Shown here piece after piece: positions 63,505 to 64,000 of a stretch of DNA of 64,000 nucleotides. The position numbers and the translations under genes are program-made. The stretch comes from Octopus sinensis (Eukaryota), in NCBI RefSeq assembly GCF_006345805.1, contig NC_042998.1:27342001-27406000 (forward strand), in the 5' to 3' direction. The stretch's first letter is position 1. Each line of letters starts with the position of its first letter. The notes below the pieces were generated by a model, which saw nothing but the letters and a program-made list of their open reading frames with translations, did no database searches and was not told where the DNA came from.

Positions 63505-63905
63505 CTGGCAGAAACGTTAGCATGCTGGGCGAAATGCTTAGCGGTATTTTGTCTGCCATTACGTTCTGAGTTCAAATTCTACTGAGGCCGACTTTGCCTT
63601 TCATCCTTTCGGGGTCGATTAAATAAATACCAGTTATGCACTGGGGTCGATATAATCGACTTAATCCGTTTGTCTGTCCTTGTTTGTCCTCTCTGTGTTT
63701 AGCCCCTTGTGGGTAGTAAAGAGATAGAAATAGGTAGTTCGTCTGCCGTTACGTTCTGAGTTCAAATTCCGCCGAGGTCGACTTTGGCTTTCATCCTTTC
63801 GGGGTCAATAAATTACGCACTGGGGTCAATGTAATCGACTTAATCCGTTTGTCTGTCCTTGTTTGTCCTTTCTATGTTTAGCTCCTTGTGGGCAATAAAG
63901 AAATA
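63505..63905 (+). mobile_element. Family A SINE head-to-tail dimer
   Basis: Two consecutive copies, the second 5'-truncated; the same arrangement occurs at 39600-40015 and 53008-53425. Confidence 0.8.
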
Positions 63906-64000
63906 AGTATCATTTGCATAAATATCATTAATTATCACAGTCATTAATTTAACTAATATAATTACTATAGATAATCTGTTGTGTCTGGGGAGAGTTATTT

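Noticed and set aside
1-64000. CRISPR arrays, rRNA, genuine tRNA genes, prokaryotic systems
   Set aside because: All tandem arrays have homogeneous units without unique spacers; tRNA-like sequences are SINE heads lacking complete cloverleaves; the DNA is eukaryotic with spliceosomal introns.

Overview
AT-rich, repeat-dense eukaryotic DNA that looks like an octopus (coleoid cephalopod) genome, judged from the SINE and microsatellite landscape and an O-crystallin-like gene. Two convergent intron-containing genes can be spliced by hand with GT-AG boundaries and consistent phases. (1) On the + strand is the 3' part of an ARID5 (ARID5B-like) transcription factor: 6 coding exons in 2914-19790, with the 5' exons upstream of the window, followed by a ~7.8 kb SINE-free putative 3' UTR. 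(2) On the - strand is a complete 4-exon, 184-aa PEBP-family gene (61654-42927) resembling octopus lens O-crystallin. Introns and intergenic DNA hold tRNA-derived SINEs, RTE/CR1 LINE 3' ends, piggyBac- and hAT-like MITEs, non-autonomous Helitrons, a decayed Penelope-like GIY-YIG fragment, foldback palindromes, and 26-bp, 33-bp, 96-bp and tetranucleotide tandem arrays. The most unusual signal is a set of small non-coding inserts carrying hammerhead-ribozyme motifs. Two of them have 12-bp target-site duplications and inverted terminal segments, and one of those (40458-40768) also has a tRNA-like Pol III head, suggesting a Penelope-mobilised SINE/retrozyme-like system. Nearly all other entries in the ORF track are repeat- or microsatellite-derived and not genes. 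Family assignments are from motif recognition only; no database searches were run.
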